Under the pieces are notes generated by a model, which worked only from the letters and a program-made list of their open reading frames with translations, made no database searches and was not told the DNA's origin. From an uncultured Aquabacterium sp. (GTDB lineage: Bacteria > Pseudomonadota > Gammaproteobacteria > Burkholderiales > Burkholderiaceae_C), in contig CAYOJR010000002.1 in the NCBI GenBank assembly GCA_964404335.1, positions 1 to 44,235 on the forward strand: a stretch of 44,235 nucleotides of DNA. The letters are read 5' to 3'. Position numbers and translations under genes: made by a program. Shown in pieces: positions 39,282 to 44,235 of this stretch. Positions within the stretch are counted from its first letter, which is position 1, and every line of letters starts with the position of its first letter.

Positions 39282-39851
39282 TCACGTCAGTCCCAAGGCC
39301 TCTTCCACCAGACCGCACAAGGTATGACCAATCAGGATGTGGGCTTCCTGAATACGCGCCGTCACCGCACTGGGCACCACCACGGCAACGTCGCACAGTG
39401 GCGCCAAGGTCCCGCCATCTCGCCCCAGCAAGCCGATCACTTGTATCCCCAAGATGCGCGCCTCTTCCACCGCCCGAATCACATTGCGTGAGTTGCCCGA
39501 CGTGGAAATCGCCACTAGCACATCCCCCGTACGCCCCAAGGCCATCAATTGACGAGCAAACACCTCGTCAAAGGCATAGTCGTTGCCAATGCAGGTAAGT
39601 GCAGAGCTGTCGGTCGATAAGGCCACAGCCGCCAGCGGGCGACGGTCCTTGATGAAGCGCCCAGTCAGCTCCGAGGCCAGATGCTGACTGTCTGCGGCCG
39701 AGCCACCATTGCCACAAAACATCAACTTGTGCCCGCTGCGCAATGCCTCTGCCATGCGATTGCCTGCGGCCTTGACAACCTCATCCAGTCCGCCCAGCAC
39801 CTGAAACAAGGCCAGGTGCTCAGTCAAGTTATGGATGAACAATTCACTCAT
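39282..39851 (-). CDS. gmhA: Sedoheptulose-7-phosphate isomerase
   Basis: CGNGGSAADSQH, IGNDY, ISTSGNS, TARIQEAH. Confidence 0.95.
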   Translation of the reverse strand: MSELFIHNLTEHLALFQVLGGLDEVVKAAGNRMAEALRSGHKLMFCGNGGSAADSQHLASELTGRFIKDRRPLAAVALSTDSSALTCIGNDYAFDEVFARQLMALGRTGDVLVAISTSGNSRNVIRAVEEARILGIQVIGLLGRDGGTLAPLCDVAVVVPSAVTARIQEAHILIGHTLCGLVEEALGLT

Positions 39852-40032
39852 GGTGGCACCTCAGGCCGCACTCGTTAAAGCTGCGAATTGTCGCTGATCA
39901 GACATGAACTGGCGCGGTTGAGGTCGAAAAATCCACCACAGGACAACTCAATCATGCCGCCATCTGGAAGCATGAAGTCCATGCTGCGTTCAAAGCAAGG
40001 CAAAATGAACGTTTGCCCTCGCCTCCTGCCTC

Positions 40033-41067
40033 ATGCGCACCGCTCAAGACATCCGACCACGCACTGCAGTTTTGCTGCAGTTCACCGGCATTGGCGACCT
40101 CATCTGGCACATTCAGTACTTCAAATTACTCGCCCAGCAGAGCCGTGGCGGTCAGGTCACGATTGTGGCGCAGCCCTCCACCCTGGCCAAGGCATTCATT
40201 GGTCAGGAGCCCTGGGTGGCCCAGATCATCGACCACGATCACCGTCCACGACGAGAAGAAAAACGCCGCGGCAAGCATGCCGGACTACTGGGCATGTACC
40301 GCATGGCCTGCGAACTGCGCCAAGGGCAATTCGACCGCCTCATCGTGTTCTCGGGGCGCATCAGCAGAGGTCTGATCGCGTACATGAGTCGCATCCCCAC
40401 CCGGCTGGGCTATGGCTACCGCTGGCTGCAGCGTCTCTGCCTTACAGAAGGCCCTTACATTGCGCCATACGAAGGCCCATCCTTGGCGGTATACCAAGAG
40501 GCCAGTGCCTTCATGGTGGCTCACGGTTTCTGCCCGACCCCCATCCGCCCTCAGTTGCAAGCACCTGAAGCCCTGGTACATGACATGCAAGCGCGACTCG
40601 CCGACTTGCCACGCCCGTTATTCGCCTTGGTCATTGGCACCAGCGAGCCTCACAAACAGTGGGGCCAGGAGAACTTCGCAGCCCTCGCCCGGCGCCTCAC
40701 TGAGCAAAGCACCGGCAGTGTGCTGCTGCTGGGCGGCCCCGCAGAAACAAGCCTTGCGCGCGACATCGCGACACAAGTCGGCAGCGCAGCACGGCACCGG
40801 GTGGCCATCATCACCGACGCCTCCCCCCTCGGCAGTGCGGCCGCCTTGCACATCGCGGACGTCTGCGTGGGCAACGACACCGGCATGATCAATGTAGCAG
40901 CCGCCGTCGACACCCCCAGCTATGTCCTGCTGGGCGCACGCCAGGCACTCGCGCATGACCCCGCCTATCTGCACAACATCCGTGCACGCAGCCTGGCCGA
41001 CATCACTGTTGACCAGGTCCTGCCACTTTTGCTCAATGCCCCACTGAAAGCCACCGCCCAAACCTGA
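40033..41067 (+). CDS. Divergent GT9 glycosyltransferase
   Basis: GIGDLIWH, KQWG, LLGGPAE, VGNDTGMINVAAAV. Confidence 0.8.
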   Translation: MRTAQDIRPRTAVLLQFTGIGDLIWHIQYFKLLAQQSRGGQVTIVAQPSTLAKAFIGQEPWVAQIIDHDHRPRREEKRRGKHAGLLGMYRMACELRQGQFDRLIVFSGRISRGLIAYMSRIPTRLGYGYRWLQRLCLTEGPYIAPYEGPSLAVYQEASAFMVAHGFCPTPIRPQLQAPEALVHDMQARLADLPRPLFALVIGTSEPHKQWGQENFAALARRLTEQSTGSVLLLGGPAETSLARDIATQVGSAARHRVAIITDASPLGSAAALHIADVCVGNDTGMINVAAAVDTPSYVLLGARQALAHDPAYLHNIRARSLADITVDQVLPLLLNAPLKATAQT

Positions 41068-41074
41068 GCGCGAC

Positions 41075-42805
41075 ATGGAACTCAAAGAGACTGGCAAAAA
41101 GCTCCTCGCTTACGGCAAACCGCACTGGAAGCTGTTCGCAGGTGCTTTCCTGTTTTTCACGCTGGGTGCCGCCGTCGAGCCCATCATTCCGGCGCTGTTC
41201 AAAAAACTGATCGACTCCGGTTTCAAGGACGGTCTGGACTACCCCTTGTGGTTGGTGCCGATCGTCATCATTGGGTTGTTTGCCATACGAGGCTTCTTCA
41301 ACTTTGCCGGCAACTACGTGATGACCTCGGCCGTCTCCAGCGTGGTGCTGAGTCTGCGTGGTCACCTGATGCGTGCCCTCCTGACCGCAGACGCCAAGCT
41401 GTTCAGCTCGATCAGCCCCGGGCTGGCCGTCACAAAGATCATCACAGACCCGCAGATGGCCTCCCAAATCATCGGCAACTCGATGATCTCAGTGATCAAG
41501 GACGCGATGTCACTGACCTTTCTGATCGGCTACCTGCTCTACCTGAACTGGCAACTCACCTTGCTGGCCTTCATCAGTATGCCGCTGCTGGGCGTCACGA
41601 TCAAACTCGTGCAGAAGCGCCTGAACAGGATCGGTCAGGCCACCTACGAATCGCAGCAACGGCTGGTCAATGTGGTCGATGACAACGCGCGTGCCTGGCG
41701 CGTTGTGCGCACCTTTGATGCCGCACAGTTTGAACTCCAGCGCTTCGATCAAGAGGCCCACACCCTCCGGCGCATGCTGCTGAAAACCATGGCCACCAGC
41801 TCGCTCATCACGCCCATGACCCAGGTGGTTGCGGCGGTCGGCGTGTCGATCATCATCACGCTGGCCATTCACCAGGCCAGCCAAGGCGCCACCACTGTCG
41901 GGGAATTTGTGTCCTTCATCACGGCGCTGTTGATGACGATCTCCCCTATGCGCCACCTCACCGATGTCTACCAGCCGGTCACAGGCGCACTGATTACCGC
42001 ACGTGGCGCCTTCGAACTCATCAACAGCCCGCAGGAGCCCGACCACGGCACCCAGGACATGCCCACGTGCCAAGGCGACATTCGGTTTGAGAACGTCTGC
42101 GTGCACTACGACGGCGCAGCCAATCGCTCCCTGAATCAGTTCAATCTGCACATCAAACCGGGTCAAACCGTCGCCCTGGTGGGGGCGTCAGGCGCGGGCA
42201 AGACCACCGTGGTCAACACCCTGCTGCGTTTTGCGCACACCACAGAAGGGCGCATCCTGCTGGACGATGTCCCCACCGAAGACCTCAAACTGGCCAGCTT
42301 GCGCAAGCATTTTGCCGTCGTCTCGCAAGACATCGTGCTGTTCGATGGCAGCGTGGCCCAGAACGTGGCCTACGCCAGTCCATTGGGTATCGATCGTGAC
42401 AAGGTTGAGCAGTGCCTGCGTGCAGCCAACCTCTGGGCCCACGTCTCGACCATGGCCGAAGGCATGGACACCGGGATCGGCACCAACGGCAGCATGCTTT
42501 CAGGCGGCCAACGCCAGCGCCTGGCCATCGCCCGCGCCTTATACCGGGATGCAGCCATCTGGATCTTTGACGAAGCCACCTCTGCACTGGACTCCGAGTC
42601 CGAAGCCGTGGTGCAGCGCTCGATTGAAGACCTGCGCCATGCCAAGACCCTGTTGCTCATTGCGCACCGCCTGAGCACCATCAAAAATGCCGACCTCATC
42701 TGCGTCATGTCAGAAGGACGCATCGTCGAACAGGGTTCACATGCCGAACTTCTGGCGCTCAATGCTCAGTATGCTGCGATGGTTCGCATTCAGGCGGCAG
42801 ACTAG
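41075..42805 (+). CDS. msbA: MsbA-like lipid flippase ABC transporter (copy 2)
   Basis: TM domain (YLNWQLTL) plus NBD GASGAGKT, SQDIVLF, LSGGQRQR, FDEATSALD, IAHRLST; 576 aa. Confidence 0.85.
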   Translation: MELKETGKKLLAYGKPHWKLFAGAFLFFTLGAAVEPIIPALFKKLIDSGFKDGLDYPLWLVPIVIIGLFAIRGFFNFAGNYVMTSAVSSVVLSLRGHLMRALLTADAKLFSSISPGLAVTKIITDPQMASQIIGNSMISVIKDAMSLTFLIGYLLYLNWQLTLLAFISMPLLGVTIKLVQKRLNRIGQATYESQQRLVNVVDDNARAWRVVRTFDAAQFELQRFDQEAHTLRRMLLKTMATSSLITPMTQVVAAVGVSIIITLAIHQASQGATTVGEFVSFITALLMTISPMRHLTDVYQPVTGALITARGAFELINSPQEPDHGTQDMPTCQGDIRFENVCVHYDGAANRSLNQFNLHIKPGQTVALVGASGAGKTTVVNTLLRFAHTTEGRILLDDVPTEDLKLASLRKHFAVVSQDIVLFDGSVAQNVAYASPLGIDRDKVEQCLRAANLWAHVSTMAEGMDTGIGTNGSMLSGGQRQRLAIARALYRDAAIWIFDEATSALDSESEAVVQRSIEDLRHAKTLLLIAHRLSTIKNADLICVMSEGRIVEQGSHAELLALNAQYAAMVRIQAAD

Positions 42806-42835
42806 TTAGTTCACTCGTTTTTCGCGGAGATTTTC

Positions 42836-43819
42836 ATGATCATCGTCACCGGTGCCACCGGCTTCATCGGCTCGAACATCGTCGCCGACCTCAACGAACG
42901 CGGCCGCACCGACCTGCTCTTGGTGGACGATCTGGGCACACAAGGCAAATGGAAGAACATTGCCAAGCGGCGGTTCCTGGACCTGGTCGATTACCGCGAC
43001 CTTGATCACCTCCTGCCCCAACTCGACAAGAATGCCGAAGCCGTGTTCCACATGGGCGCCAACTCCTCGACCACCTCCACCGATGGGGATGAGATTTTGC
43101 GCGTCAACCTGCATGCCTCCATGGCCTGGTGGAAGTGGTGCACCGAAACGAACACACCGCTCATCTACGCTTCGTCAGCAGCCACATACGGAGACGGCCG
43201 ACAAGGCTTCGATGATGATCAAAGCCCGCAAGCGCTGGACCGGCTGGCCCCCATGAACTTGTATGGCTGGTCCAAGCACCAATTCGACAAGTGGGCTGTC
43301 GAGCGCGCCAGTGAAGGCAAGGCCCCACCGCAATGGGCTGGCTTGAAGTTCTTCAATGTCTACGGCCCCAACGAATACCACAAGGGTGACATGCAGAGCT
43401 TGGTCGCCAAGAACACGGCGCGCATTGCTCAGGGCGAAACCATTCGCCTGTTCAAATCCCACAAAGATGGCTACCAAGATGGCGGTCAACTGCGCGACTT
43501 CGTTTACGTGAAAGACTGTTGCGCCATGATGATGTGGCTGCTTGAGCATCCGAACACCAGCGGTCTGTTCAACATCGGCACAGGGCAAGCCCACAGCTTC
43601 CTGGACCTCATGCACGCCATTGGCTCGGCCTTGAACAAGCCGGTGAATGTGGAATATGTTGACATGCCAGAGAACATCCGTCCGAACTATCAATATTTCA
43701 CCGAAGCCAACATGAGTAAATTCAGAGCTGCAGGAGGCACCCATGTGCCGCTGTCTCTGAATGAGAATGTGGCCGACTACGTCACCCACTACCTGACCCA
43801 GACGGACCAGCATCGCTAA
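42836..43819 (+). CDS. hldD: ADP-L-glycero-D-manno-heptose 6-epimerase
   Basis: IIVTGATGFIGSN, YASSAATYG, YGWSK, FNVYGPNEYHKG, RDFVYV, YQYFTEA. Confidence 0.93.
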   Translation: MIIVTGATGFIGSNIVADLNERGRTDLLLVDDLGTQGKWKNIAKRRFLDLVDYRDLDHLLPQLDKNAEAVFHMGANSSTTSTDGDEILRVNLHASMAWWKWCTETNTPLIYASSAATYGDGRQGFDDDQSPQALDRLAPMNLYGWSKHQFDKWAVERASEGKAPPQWAGLKFFNVYGPNEYHKGDMQSLVAKNTARIAQGETIRLFKSHKDGYQDGGQLRDFVYVKDCCAMMMWLLEHPNTSGLFNIGTGQAHSFLDLMHAIGSALNKPVNVEYVDMPENIRPNYQYFTEANMSKFRAAGGTHVPLSLNENVADYVTHYLTQTDQHR

Positions 43820-43828
43820 GGCGACCAC

Positions 43829-44235
43829 ATGAACTACATAAAAGCAAAAATTCAGAAAAGAATCCAGAAGAACAAAACCAGTCTTGAGCGCATTCCGCTC
43901 AAGATCAACTCTCTAAAGCTGCAGTACCGTGCCATCACCGGGCCCAAAAGGGATTCGCGCATTGCCTTCCACGTCATTGGCGGAATGGGCGATCACCTGC
44001 TGTCTGCCAAATTCATCCAGGACCTCACCTGCGGACTCGGTGACATCCCGTTCGATATCTACACCAAACGCCCGAAGCTGGCCGAGTGGATTTTCGCAAA
44101 CGTCCCGAATTGCAAGAATATCTTCCACACCTCGGCGGACATCAAATGGGTGCGGCGTCAATACGCGCTGTACCTTGACTTGATTGGTTTCATTTCGATC
44201 CGCTCCACCAACAAAAAACTGTTGCTGCATCCCCA
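43829..44235 (+). CDS. Partial CDS running off the window, probable GT9-like glycosyltransferase
   Basis: Read by hand: open from ATG 43829 to the end (MNYIKAKIQ...IAFHVIGGMGDHLL...); GxGD resembles a GT9 N-terminus; absent from the ORF track because there is no stop. Confidence 0.6.
   Translation, partial: MNYIKAKIQKRIQKNKTSLERIPLKINSLKLQYRAITGPKRDSRIAFHVIGGMGDHLLSAKFIQDLTCGLGDIPFDIYTKRPKLAEWIFANVPNCKNIFHTSADIKWVRRQYALYLDLIGFISIRSTNKKLLLHP

Noticed and set aside
29171-44235. tRNA-Phe-anchored genomic island
   Set aside because: No integrase next to the tRNA, intact terminator, host-like composition downstream, and no convincing repeat of the tRNA 3' end seen by eye
24500-44235. C/A-rich plus strand suggesting a skew switch (origin or terminus)
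   Set aside because: No clear polarity inversion by eye and no dif or DnaA-box cluster recognised; would need a cumulative skew calculation

Overview
GC-rich betaproteobacterial chromosome segment. A Burkholderiales (Comamonadaceae/Aquabacterium-like) origin is inferred from gene order only. 1-9.2 kb: core operon serC-pheA-tyrA-aroA/cmk(fused)-rpsA-ihfB-lapA-lapB. 9.2-23 kb: PCu(A)C copper chaperone, comM, sigma54/NtrC-type glnK-amtB, gshA-kup-benE-gshB, uup and a stand-alone ptsI. 23-29.8 kb: OlsB-like acyltransferase behind a PHO-box-like array, rsmB-DUF4390-NtrY/NtrX-like two-component cluster, tRNA-Phe and a YkgJ-type protein. From 29.8 kb to the end is a mosaic LPS/surface-glycan locus. 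It holds three GT9 genes (one truncated), one GT4, two MsbA-like ABC transporters and a complete ADP-heptose pathway with an HldC-GmhB fusion. It also holds a teichoic-acid-like TagD/TagF pair, LicD and a low-GC pyruvyltransferase. The best candidate for an undescribed system is this glycerophosphate/pyruvate decoration module with a second flippase. I saw no transposase, integrase, prophage or CRISPR array. Several starts were moved from the ORF track by eye; no database searches were run.
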